Translations under genes and position numbers: made by a program
Part shown: one piece after another, positions 11,811-23,277 of the stretch
Layout: every line of letters begins with the position of its first letter
Numbering within the stretch: the stretch's first letter is position 1
DNA from: a virus
IMG/VR virus record: IMGVR_UViG_3300020156_000002
Location: 1-64,000 of that record
Reading direction: 5' to 3' (one strand)
DNA: 64,000 bases
The notes under the pieces: generated by a model
What the model was told of the DNA's origin: nothing
The model's input: the letters and a program-made list of their open reading frames with translations, nothing else
Database searches by the model: none

Positions 11811-14158
11811 ATGGATAGTTTAAAAGAAAAAATAGCAAAAGATATATTAAAGACATTATCATATGATGAAATGACGGAAGAACAGGAATCTATAGTTAAA
11901 GACTATGAAACGGAACAATATAAAAAATGTGTTGACGAATTAAGGGATAAGAAGACACCAGAAGATATAGAGAATATTATTCATGAATGGTGGTTGAATT
12001 ATGAAATATCTGACGGAACAGAAGATGATTTATTAATGTATTTATATAAGAGCAAATAAAAAACAGGTTTTATAGGCTTATAGATAGCCAGAAATAGGAT
12101 TAGTGATTTCGATTTAATTATGTTAGCAACCGCATAAAAAAGTAAATTTGAAGGAGGATAACACAGTGGGAGATATCAAAATAGTACTACCTTACGAAGT
12201 AATCAAAAAATGTAACAACTAATAGCAAAAACCAAAAACAGTACATAAAGGAGTAACAAGTTAATGAAGCAATTATACATAAATTATAAGAACAGGGCAG
12301 CATACAAAGTTAGTCAATTAAAGCGTTATTTGAACCGATACACAGCGTTAGAGATAATTGGGGTTACAACTATATTGCTTATCGGTTTATGGGGCGTTTT
12401 AAGCTTTATAGACATCATAATGAATAATATGAACGATTGTAAATATACAAGTTGGAACTTAATTAACTTATTACTTGATATGATGCAATAAACAATAATA
12501 TTAAACAAATACTTGACTGAATTGAAATGTGGTATTATAATGATATTAATAGAACAGGAAAACATTGTAACAAACACATAAAAATGATATAATAATTATT
12601 GCTCTAAACAGAAACAGAAAGGGAAAAGGTGAACAGTATGGAAAATATTATTAAAGAATTAAAAGGAAAGAATTTTAAAGAAGGCAGAAATATTATTGAA
12701 TCAAATTTTAAAGTGGATAACAGCAAACTTTATTCAAATGTTGAAGATGGCAGAATTGATATCTATGAGTACGTTGAAGATAATGATAATTGGATTTGTT
12801 TCACTGCTCCATGTGAAGAAGTGGAAAATGACCAGCCTAATATTGATTATAGCAATGGCTATTGGACTGTAAGTATTGACAATGAAGTAACAACCGAATT
12901 AGAAATTAAACGATATTGATTTAAGTAGAACCATACTGGAAACCAATTAAAAGAAAAATGGTAACAGCAATTCAATAATAGTCAATTCAGAGAGGAGAGA
13001 AATAAATTGGAAATAGGAGATATTTCTTTTAAGGGAGAATTAATATTAGATATTAATGAAAATTATATGTTGACTGTTCCAATAGATTCAATATTAAATA
13101 TGATGAAATCTATGGATACTAGAAGTTATTCTATATTTACTATGAATGGAAAAGAAATGTATGCTAAATTATGGTTAATGGATAAAATTGATTCAAAAAT
13201 ATATTTTACTCCATATCGAAACGTTGACAAAGAAGTATGTGATAAGATAATAAATGAGTATCTGAAAAATTATTTAAGAATAGGAATGTAATATAAATTA
13301 TTGATTTTATAAGAAAATTAAATAAAAAATAAAAGGAGATTTATATTATGAAAAATGAATCAAATTTATCAATTAGGGTTGAATTACCTAGCTTTACTAG
13401 TAATGACAAAACAGACAGGTTTGTAGTAATGAGAACCAAACAAGAACTAAATAAATTATTGAGTAAGTACAATGATATGATATCTGTTAATACAGTTGGA
13501 AATGGAATAATTCAGATTATTGGAAATGATTTAATGAAAAATAAAGCTATATCGCTAAAAGAAATTCAAGATAAGATAGCAAATTATTCTTTTAAGTATG
13601 CAGTAGTAATACCTACTATTGATACAAATTATGATGAAACATTAGAAAATCTATTGCTAGATGATTATACTTTCTCATTTAATTAACAGGCAATGAATTG
13701 ATTATTTGATTAGGAGGGTTTAAACATGATACCAATTCAAGTTGTTTATACAGAGAATGGAAAAGAAAAGTCATCATTAGATGAACATAGAAGACGAGTT
13801 GAAATATTGCGACATAATCAAGAATTAATCAAAAGATGTGACAAAGAAGCAGAACAAAAGCGGAACAAATGAACATTTTATTAGGAGGAAATGAACTATG
13901 AATTTAACTATTGAAAATAAATTTGGTCTGACAAATGAACAGATTAACATTCCATTTATGGTTAACAGTGTTCCAATAGGTGTTATAACTAATGTTACTG
14001 ATTTAGAAATCAACATTTTAATATGGGAAAGATTTATAGGAGTTGAGAAAGAATTTGATAATATCTTAGACGTAAACACTAAAAGTAAAGTGACAGCTAT
14101 ATGTATAGGGGATAAACTATCTGATTCCGTTAAAATGAATATGTTTGGATTAGATTAA
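11811..14158 (+). other. small hypothetical CDSs (11811-12059, 12264-12491 with one TM helix, 12629-12919, 13007-13291, 13348-13686, 13898-14158)
   Basis: RBS-preceded ORFs; promoter TTGACT-17-TATAAT at 12513-12541. Confidence 0.65.
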
Positions 14159-14162
14159 TAAA

Positions 14163-14219
14163 GCTGCACTGACGAGTCCTAAATGGACGAAATAGGAGCG
14201 AATAACTCCTATATGTAGC
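14163..14219 (+). ncRNA. type I hammerhead self-cleaving ribozyme
   Basis: Stem I GCTGCA/TGTAGC, core CTGACGA, stem II GTCC-TAAAT-GGAC, GAAA, stem III TAGGAG-CGAATAA-CTCCTA, cleavage triplet AUA (cut after 14213). All conserved core nucleotides are present. Confidence 0.92.
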
Positions 14220-14280
14220 AGAGTAATTAATAAACAAATTAACTGCCTAGTAGGGCAAAATAGAAAGGATAAAAAATAGC

Positions 14281-14583
14281 ATGATTAGAAAATTATTTTT
14301 ACTTGTTAAGCATGTGCCATTAGGAACTCAATACGTAGAACGTGATTTTAAGAAATTCATTATTAAAAAACATGATAAAGTAAATGATGATCACCCATTT
14401 AAAAATGTACATGAACTTGAAAAGAATATTAACAATATAAATCAATATGGGAATATATTAAAGCCTATATTGGTTAGTAAATGTGATTTTAGTAATAAAT
14501 ATGTAATAAGAGGGAATATAGCTGCTTATTATGCATTAAAAGAAAACATGATTAAAAGCATCCCAATTAAATTAGTATCGTAA
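14281..14583 (+). CDS. ParB/Srx N-terminal-like small protein
   Basis: LKPILV...YVIRGNIAAYYALKE...IPI resembles the ParBc fold; degenerate. Confidence 0.45.
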   Translation: MIRKLFLLVKHVPLGTQYVERDFKKFIIKKHDKVNDDHPFKNVHELEKNINNINQYGNILKPILVSKCDFSNKYVIRGNIAAYYALKENMIKSIPIKLVS

Positions 14584-14775
14584 ATATTACTATAAATTAA
14601 TATTTTCAGTGTGTGATAATAATAAACATATTGAATTTGATGACTTATATTCCGGATGGCACAATAAAAGATATTTAAAACAGTGTTATTATAATCTTGA
14701 AGAAAAGGCTGATAATGGTGGTTTAACAGAAGACGAATGGAAACTAATTATAAATTATATTAAACAGAAAGGATA

Positions 14776-15982
14776 GTGATTGAAATGTATTTTTTAGAAA
14801 GAAAAGAAAGATATTCAATGTCAAATGTTTTAGGAAATCATTCGATGCCAGTAGACACATACAGATGGGAAGCGGTTGCAACTTGTGAAGACAAAGAACC
14901 ATTAGAAGAAATATTAAAAGATATGGATAAACAGACACATAGAATAACAAGTAATATGGTACAGTAAATAAATTACTTGTTTGGTAGGGAGGTTAGATTA
15001 TGTGTGGTAATTGCAGATATACAACAACAAGTGGTAGAAAGATTATTTGTATGAATGAAAATTCAGATGATTATAGTAAGGTTGTAAGCAAAATATCTGT
15101 TTGTGATAATTTTGAACCAGATTATACAATGAAAGATACACTAGAAAATTTCTCAGATAATGAGAAACCTATAAAATACTAAATTGGATCTGATTTGAAA
15201 GGAGTATAATATGAATTATTTTAAAGTGAGTATATATCCAGATGGCAAAGTAAGCAAAGAACAAATAACAGAAGAAGAGACACGAGGCTATCTTGGTGCA
15301 GGAATCTATTATTGCGGATGTAAGGATAAACATTATAATTTTTTCATAGACAGAGAAGATAAGATACAAAAGATATATGATAAATATATAACTAGTAAAA
15401 TCAAAGAATATAATAATGAAATTAAACGATTGCAAAAAGCTGTAAGTCTGTTTGAAAAGATGAAAACAGCAATATAACAAGATAAATTCGGAATTCTAAT
15501 CAAAGAAAGGAATTAAAAGTATGGATCAAAAATATTATGCTATAGCTAGTACGAATGAGTTTGGTTTATCAAGAGGAAAAGAATATATAGTTGAATCTGT
15601 TAGTATTGGTTCAGTATATGTATATGGAATTAACGGTGATTATTTAACATATTGTCGTAAAGATAGTTTTGATAACTGGAGAAAGATAGAGCAATAAAGT
15701 CCACATCAATCAGTCATTAAATTAGGAGGGTAAAAAATGATTAGAACAATACAAGAAATTAAATTAAATGAAACAGAAAGATACAAGAAGTTTCTAGCAC
15801 TAAAAATAATAGGCATAACAGTGAAAACATATAAATCATTAAACAGAGAAAAGTTGGTGATATCAGTAGATGGAAATCCAGATATAGACAAATGTATTGA
15901 CAATACATTCAATAATGTGGATGATATATTAAGAGCATTTAGTGATGAATTAAGAAAACAAAATATTAAAATCGCAGCATAA
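14776..15982 (+). other. small hypothetical CDSs (14776-14967, 15000-15182, 15211-15477, 15737-15982)
   Basis: RBS-preceded ORFs, several separated by the 18-bp palindromes. Confidence 0.65.
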
Positions 15983-16171
15983 GGATGGTGAATGTTATAT
16001 GGGAATAGTTCTAGCAATAATCGGATTGATTTTATTATGGGGAATCAGAAGCCACAACATTAATGCCAATATAAAAAGATTGGACAACGATCCGTATAAT
16101 TCAGTCAAATCAGATAAATGGAAGAAAGAGCATGGAACATTAAAATGAGCAAATAGAAAGGGTGGTTAGGG

Positions 16172-17146
16172 ATGTGTTACAAAGATGAAGACCAGGCAAG
16201 AGCAAAATATAAATTGGAAGAAAAAATAAAAGATATGCCAAAATTCATTAAAGATTATTTTAAAACTTTAAGTAGTAATAAGTCAAAATTAACATATTGG
16301 AGCACAATAAGACTATTTTTTGAATGGCTTATAGATAAAAAAATAATAAATAAACCGCTTGAAGGGATTATGCCTGAAGATTTGGTTATAGTAACACATT
16401 TTGATTTAGTAGATTATTTAGAAGGTATAAAAGCAAGTCCAGATACAATTATAACAAAAATGAATCTAATTCGTAGTTTTTGGAGTTATTTAATTGATAA
16501 TGGTTATTCTCAAAAAAATATTGTTACTAAAAAAGTAATACAAAAATTTAAAGTAGAAAAAATGGATAAAGATATTGAGTTACCAACAGATGAACAATTA
16601 CAATCTGTGTTGAATAATCTTGAATCAATTAAAAGTGAAATTATTTCTATAAGAAATATTTCTATAGCAAAGCTTTTCATTGGAACGGCAATGAGATTAA
16701 GCGAATTAGTTGGCTTAGACATAGACGATTTGCATTTTGAAAGAGAAATACCAGAAATAACAATTTGGGCAAAAGGCAAAAAAAGAAGTAGAGATGTGGT
16801 AGTTAGTCAATCGGCTATAGATGCTATTAATGATTATTTAATTATTAGAAATTCATATCCAGAGCTAAAACATTTAAAGCCTCTGTTTTTGTCGGAGCAT
16901 AAGGATGACGATGGCAATAATAAAAGAATAAGTGTAAGTACAGTAGAAAAGTTTTTTGATAAATATAGCAATGGTCAAATACATCCTCATAAATTAAGAG
17001 ATTATGCCGCAACTAAAATGTATGAAAGTAATCATGATATTGTCGGAGTAAGTGAGCAACTTGGACATAGTGATATAAATATAACAAGAAAACGTTATGT
17101 TAAGGCTAATAAAAATAATATGTTTACAGCACTAAATAGTTTCTAG
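16172..17146 (+). CDS. tyrosine recombinase (XerC/XerD/integrase family), catalytic residues intact
   Basis: N-terminal SAM-like region; MRLSEL (R), KGK (K), HKLR (HxxR), LGH (H), KRY (Y). Confidence 0.9.
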   Translation: MCYKDEDQARAKYKLEEKIKDMPKFIKDYFKTLSSNKSKLTYWSTIRLFFEWLIDKKIINKPLEGIMPEDLVIVTHFDLVDYLEGIKASPDTIITKMNLIRSFWSYLIDNGYSQKNIVTKKVIQKFKVEKMDKDIELPTDEQLQSVLNNLESIKSEIISIRNISIAKLFIGTAMRLSELVGLDIDDLHFEREIPEITIWAKGKKRSRDVVVSQSAIDAINDYLIIRNSYPELKHLKPLFLSEHKDDDGNNKRISVSTVEKFFDKYSNGQIHPHKLRDYAATKMYESNHDIVGVSEQLGHSDINITRKRYVKANKNNMFTALNSF

Positions 17147-17190
17147 CATTGTAATACGTTAATTAGTATAGTAAAATTATAGAAAAGGGG

Positions 17191-17400
17191 TTGGTTAAAA
17201 TGAATAAGTTAAAATATTATCGAAAAATAAGTGAACTATCACAACCTGCACTTGCAGAGAAAAGCGGAGTAAAGTTATATACGATACAGAAATTAGAGAC
17301 TGGTGCAAATAATTTGAATGAAGCACATATGCGTAATGGTTATTTGCTTGCAAAGGCTTTAGGGATTAATATGGAAGATTTATTGGATTTGGAGGATTAA
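17191..17400 (+). CDS. XRE-family HTH regulator
   Basis: LKYYR...LSQPALAEKSGV...IQKLETG...LAKALG; own promoter TTGTAA-17-TAAAAT at 17149-17177. Confidence 0.85.
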   Translation: MVKMNKLKYYRKISELSQPALAEKSGVKLYTIQKLETGANNLNEAHMRNGYLLAKALGINMEDLLDLED

Positions 17401-17545
17401 TATGAAGGGTTACAAAGATTGTTTAGCTTGTGGTGCATCTATGAGTGAAGAAGGAAAAGATGAGGAAGACGATAAATTATGGTGCACAGAAAAAGAGTGC
17501 TATGTTAATGAAAACTATTGTTGTGAAGAATTTCGTAGATAAAGA

Positions 17546-20500
17546 TTGAACAGAGATTTGGTAGTGAATGGAGGATGTAAGTATATGAGTGAACTTAGTG
17601 TAAAAGTTGGTGATAAAGTTTATTATGAATATGGATATTCTTATAACAGAGTAGAAAGAATAACAACCGTTACTAATGTAACCCCTACTGGAAGAATAAA
17701 AGTAGAATGTAGCAATTCTCAGTTTGATAAATATGGAAGGGAAATGGGTAAACATGACCGTTGGTCTAGTAATGCTACTATTTCAAAAGCTACAGATGAA
17801 ATTATTCAAAAAGTTACTGAAAGAAATACAATTGAGCGATGTCTTGATGAAATTAGAAAGTTAAGCGAGAAATCATTAGATTATAATAAAGCAAAAAAGA
17901 TCCTAGAAATTTTAGAAATAAATTAACACCAAAACATTATTTGGTATTGAAAGGGAAAAATTATGGAGAAAAATATAACTGAATTATTAGGTATTACTTT
18001 ATTTGAAAGCGATGAATATGTTGATGTTTTAGAGGATTGCACTCAATATACTAATGTTTGCTGGTATTTAGATGATATGAAAAAATTTGATGGTATGGTA
18101 ATTGCATTATTTTTTGACGGTAGATTGCAAATTTATAACTCGGAAAATGAAATAGTACTTGATGGTAGTCTAATGGATTCATCTGATTTTAAGAAAAGAA
18201 TGTACGATTTAGTTAGATAACACGATAAAAAACGATTTTGATTGGAAGATTTGAAAGGAGATTGAATAATATGAATGATGGTATGAGAATAAATGAACCA
18301 TTAGACTCAGGAAATTGCAATGAATGTTTACACTGTATTAAAGTAAAACGAACATTAAAATGTGATCAGATTACAAAGAGCGAAAAATATGTTTCATGTA
18401 GAGAAATAAGAGTATGTGGAAATTATAAAAAAGCTGTGGAAATAGGAGGATAAATATGAGAGCAAATAATGTAAAAATATCTATGGAAATACCAGTACCA
18501 TTTAATAATACTGATGATAATGGTGTAATGTATTCTGATAGGGCATTTAAAGATGCTTGTGAAGACGCAGTAGGTCAACCAATAGAAATAATTAATAATG
18601 ACGGATCAAGTACCGTAGTTGGAGTTGCAACAGAAATATACTATGTCACAGATGAAGTAAACGGAGATTACATTAGGGTAAATGGTAGTTTATTTTATGG
18701 AGGAACAAGTGAACAGGTAAGTATAAATAAAGGAATGGTAACCGATGTAAGACTTAATAGTTTTGGGGTAACAGCATAGAACTTAAAATTGATAGGCTTA
18801 CATAGCCGGAAAGAGAATTAAGATGAGTGAATATAAAAAAGAAAAGACACAATTAGGAGAAAAGACGACACATCCTTCGTATGGTATGTTATCTTTTAGT
18901 AGGAGGACGGGTGGTAAAACTCCTCTTTTTGGAAGTAGTATAGAACATAGTGATACGATAGCAATGACTCTACGACATGGAGAGATTACAAGAGGTCTTA
19001 ATACTGATTGGTACTATGGAGATAAAACAATTGCAGAAGTTGAAATGAGTTATTCGCAATTTGCAGAATGTATTACATCTATGAATATGGGTTCAGGCGT
19101 TCCAGTTACAATTCGTTGGACTGAAAAAGATGGTAGAATAACACCATGTGATTTTGTTAATAAAAAAGAACAGTTTCAAAATGAATTAAAAGAAAGATTA
19201 GACGAAGCAAATGAAATATCAAAAAGTTTAGCAAAAGAGGTGTCCGAAATATTTGATAAAAAGACATTAAATAAATCTGATAAGCAAGAGATTATGAATA
19301 AAATTAATCACATGATCGCACAAGTTAGTTCTAATGTATCATTTACTTATGATTGTTTTAATGAACAAATGGATAAGACCGTTGCGGAAGCAAAAGGAGA
19401 AATCGAAGCATTTTGTCAGAACAAAATAAATTCAATTGCTCAATCTACATTAGTTGAACATAGAGATGATTTATTACTACTTGAAAATCCAGTAGATATT
19501 GATATGATAGTGTAAATCAAACGAGAATTTGAGAAGTTCTTTTGAAAGGAGATTATTATAATGTGTATACCTAAAAAGATTAGAGTATGGATTGAAATGC
19601 CAAGCGATGATTATATAGTAGATGTTCCTGAATGGGTTAAAACAGTAGAAGACTTAGAACAATTTGCAGATGATGTGGCAAATAGAGATTGTTCTTCTGG
19701 ATATGAAGAAGTCGAATAGAACTAGATATTTATCGAATATTTGAAAGGATAATATGAACATTATAAACAAGGCAACATATTTCACTGATAATCAATTGGA
19801 AAGAATAATTGAATTAACAAAGTTGAATTGTAAACCAGATAATTTGATAATATGTGAAAATAGATCAGACGTGTTGAAGAGTTTCAAAAATATAAATCTA
19901 ATTAGATATCTTGCACACTTTTTTGATCTGTTTATATGGTTAGGTAAAGTAGAGGGTTTGTGCCATCCACATTTCAATTCGGTAATAATGATTTTTGTTT
20001 ACTCGCAAAACGATGACGGAGATGATATACTATCAAAACAGTTATATTCTTTACACGCATTATCACATGAATTGAGGCACCTGTGGCAAATAAAAAATGA
20101 ATTTAAAGGCAATAGAGAAGATGATGCTGATGGGTTTGCTACTAAATTTGTAAATAGCAAGAGTAAAAAGATAGCTAAAATAATGGGTTGGGAAGACGAA
20201 TGGGGAATTGAGGAAGAAGACTGATTATAAAACATGAATATGATATGGATTTCGAAAGGAGACGTCTTAATGAATAAAGTAAATCCCTGTAGATTATATG
20301 TTAAAATAGACGGAGGAGAATTACGAATTATAACAGGTTTTAGAACAGAATTAGATTGTATTAAAATATGGTTTAGAAATGATAAATCAGAGGTGTTTTC
20401 ACTTGAAAGAGTTGAGATATTTGAAAAGACAACCAATTAAACGATTGGTACGATTTTTAGAAAGGAGATATAATGAATAAAATCAAGTATAATCGGTTCA

Positions 20501-21693
20501 TTACTACAAAACAAATAGATAATATTCTGGTTGAAAAATATCCAGAAAAGATTTGTCCTGATTGCAAACAAAATAAATTATATGCGGGATGCATTGAAAG
20601 TCAATTTGATGATAAATCAGAGGAAGACATTGTGTTATCATTTCAAGTATTTTGTAATGGCTGCGGACATTTAGTTGGAGCATGGGATAATACTAATAGA
20701 CAAAGATTTATTTAATCAATGAGATAAATTTTTAATATAAGGATGGTAACAATGACTAAGTATGCCGAAGAATTTTGCGATGTAGACGGATATAGATGCT
20801 TAATGCCAATTGAATACGAAATGATAAAAGATAGTGTTGGAAAGAAAACATACAAGAAATCACATTGTAATTGCCATAATGTAAGAGAGGGCAAATGTGA
20901 CAGGAATGAAAGCTGTCAGCACTTTCTGGCGGCAGATGAAATTATTATTGAATAGGGAGGAGTTACATGGATGTAAAGAATATTATTGCAACTGAATTAA
21001 ATAAAGGCGAATATATAAAGTTTAATAATGTGAATGAAGTTAATTATATTATTGATATTTTAAAACATAAATATCCAGATATTTTACAAAGTCAAATGAA
21101 CATACCGGCTCACAAACACCGAGTTGATATGATAAAGAAAAATCAAGAATGTGGAGCCATGGTACTTATATCGCCTGACTGGATAGAAGACAGAGTGTTT
21201 GAAATAGAAATAGGAAGTTATGTACCTGATAAAACAGTGGATTTTTCAGATGTAGTTTTTTAAATAAATGAATCATTTGAAATGGTTTTTAGAAAGGAGT
21301 AATTATGGATATTGAATTATATTTAGAACAAGCACAAAAAACTGGCTATTGTATTATGAATGAAGTCGATTTTGTGGTACTACCATTAGATGTATATAAA
21401 AAGTTACTTGATGAAACTGACGGAAAAGCTAGAGAAATTCTAAAAGATTATAATAATAAAAAATAAAACACGATAGGTTGTATAATTTATCTATATAGAA
21501 AGGAGTTAATATGGAATGGATTAAAATAGAAGCTGGTGAATATTATTCAGAAGATGAAAGATTTCACATACTCCATACGTGGGATAGAATTAATAATTTA
21601 CATTGGAGTTTATGGGACAGAATAAAAAATAGAAACTATGTTGGTGAATCTTTAAAATATTGTAAACAGATAGCTGAAAAGCATTTAGAATGA
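17546..21693 (+). other. array of small hypothetical CDSs, most bounded by 18-bp palindromes (17546-17926, 17963-18220, 18238-18453, 18456-18779, 18823-19515, 20234-20440, 20473-20715, 20743-20955, 20967-21263, 21511-21693)
   Basis: ORF track plus RBSs; several Cys-rich zinc-ribbon-like proteins. Confidence 0.7.
19754..20224 (+). CDS. zincin-like metallopeptidase (HExxH)
   Basis: HELRHLWQ with downstream EDDAD motif. Confidence 0.6.
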   Translation: MNIINKATYFTDNQLERIIELTKLNCKPDNLIICENRSDVLKSFKNINLIRYLAHFFDLFIWLGKVEGLCHPHFNSVIMIFVYSQNDDGDDILSKQLYSLHALSHELRHLWQIKNEFKGNREDDADGFATKFVNSKSKKIAKIMGWEDEWGIEEED

Positions 21694-21759
21694 CGATTTT
21701 TACTTAGTTTTAATCAAGTAAGTTGAAGATAATAATAAACGAAGAAAGGAAAATAATTA

Positions 21760-22503
21760 TTGAGAATTAATCATTTAGGAGAAATAAGTTATAGTAAAAA
21801 AGGAACACCAATGAAAATTATAAGATATGTCAATACTTCTGATTTAACAATTGAATTTCAAGACGAATATAAAGTACGAAGAGAAACAACTTATGGAAAT
21901 TTCAATAAAGGTCAAGTTAAAAATCCATACGATAGGACGGTTTGTGAGGTTGGATATATTGGAGAAGGTAAATATACAACTGGTGGCAAAGATTATAGAA
22001 CTAAGCAGTATGCAGTATGGGAAGATATGATGTATAGATGTTATAAAGAAAAAGACAGACATTTACATCCAGCATATGAAAATTGTACAGTTTGTGAAGA
22101 GTGGCACAATTATCAGACATTTGGAAAGTGGTATGATGAAAATTTTTATACTGTAAAAGATAGTAGAACACATCTTGACAAAGATATATTGTTTAAAGAT
22201 AATAAACTATATAGTCCGACAACCTGTGTTTTTGTTCCACAAAGAATAAATATGGTATTTATGAAAAAGAATCGTACTGTAGATTCAGATTTGCCAAATG
22301 GAATTCATAGATGTGTAACAGGATTTTCTGCTCAATATATTAATAAAAGTCTTGGAGTTTACAAAACACTAGATGAAGCTTTATTATATTATAACATTGA
22401 GAAACAGTTACATATAAGTAAATTAGCAAACGAATATAAAAATATAATACCACCTGAATTATATAATGCATTAATAAATTGGAATAAACAATTAGTTGCT
22501 TAA
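21760..22503 (+). CDS. HNH-like phage homing-endonuclease-family protein (paralog 2)
   Basis: WEDMMYRCY...VCEEWHNYQTFGKW...HLDKDI...YSPTTCVFVPQRIN; collinear with 11032-11766. Confidence 0.7.
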   Translation: MRINHLGEISYSKKGTPMKIIRYVNTSDLTIEFQDEYKVRRETTYGNFNKGQVKNPYDRTVCEVGYIGEGKYTTGGKDYRTKQYAVWEDMMYRCYKEKDRHLHPAYENCTVCEEWHNYQTFGKWYDENFYTVKDSRTHLDKDILFKDNKLYSPTTCVFVPQRINMVFMKKNRTVDSDLPNGIHRCVTGFSAQYINKSLGVYKTLDEALLYYNIEKQLHISKLANEYKNIIPPELYNALINWNKQLVA

Positions 22504-22575
22504 AAAATCAAATCAACTAACTATTTTAATCCATTTTCGGTACCAATAAATACTAAATCTATATACTAAGTAAAT

Positions 22576-22663
22576 AATAATATTAAACATGCGAAATATT
22601 GTTGACATGTTTTTATTCTTATGCTATAGTTTCAATATAAAGAAAAACAAATAAACTATAGCA
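22576..22663 (+). promoter_or_regulatory. promoter upstream of mazF with operator motif and inverted repeat
   Basis: AATAATATTAAACA 22576; TTGACA 22602, 17 bp, TG-c-TATAGT; inverted repeat TGCTATAGTTT/AAACTATAGCA. Confidence 0.65.
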
Positions 22664-22797
22664 AGGAGATGAGAATAAATTGTTTAAGATAAAATATTTA
22701 ATGCGTATACACTACAAGTGAAAATCAAAGGAGACAAATATATGATAAACAAAAATGATGATTCAAGTTGAACAAAGAATAGAAGGAGAGATTAATT

Positions 22798-23202
22798 ATG
22801 AGCGATGAGAGAGTAATAAAAAGAGGAGATATATTTTACATTGATATTCCAAAGGATGGTAATGATCCACATAAGCAAATAGGTTGTAGACCTTGTGTAA
22901 TTATATCTAATGATTTAAATAATAAACATAATAGTAGGGTTCAGTATATACCCCTAACTTCAAAAATGAATAAAGCAAAATTACCTACACATGTATTATT
23001 AAAAAGTACCAGAATGGAAAAGGCATCTGTAGCTTTGTGCGAATGTTTAGATGCTATTGACAAATCGTTTATTAAAGAGAAAATTGGAACAATATCTGAA
23101 GAAGATATGATGAATATAGAAGTTGGTATGGCTATTCAATTGTATTCAAATAGAAAATTACAATTCATTATCCAAAATATGAAACAATATGCATATGCTT
23201 AA
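22798..23202 (+). CDS. mazF: PemK/MazF-family endoribonuclease (no adjacent antitoxin)
   Basis: KRGDIF...Q.G.RPCVIISND..N...PLTS...KAKLPTHV, collinear with B. subtilis MazF/NdoA; catalytic Arg and Thr retained. Confidence 0.88.
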   Translation: MSDERVIKRGDIFYIDIPKDGNDPHKQIGCRPCVIISNDLNNKHNSRVQYIPLTSKMNKAKLPTHVLLKSTRMEKASVALCECLDAIDKSFIKEKIGTISEEDMMNIEVGMAIQLYSNRKLQFIIQNMKQYAYA

Positions 23203-23277
23203 AATATAAAACATATGTTGAATATTATTGACAATTATTGTTATATATGATATTGTTTTCATAAGGAGGATTATGCA

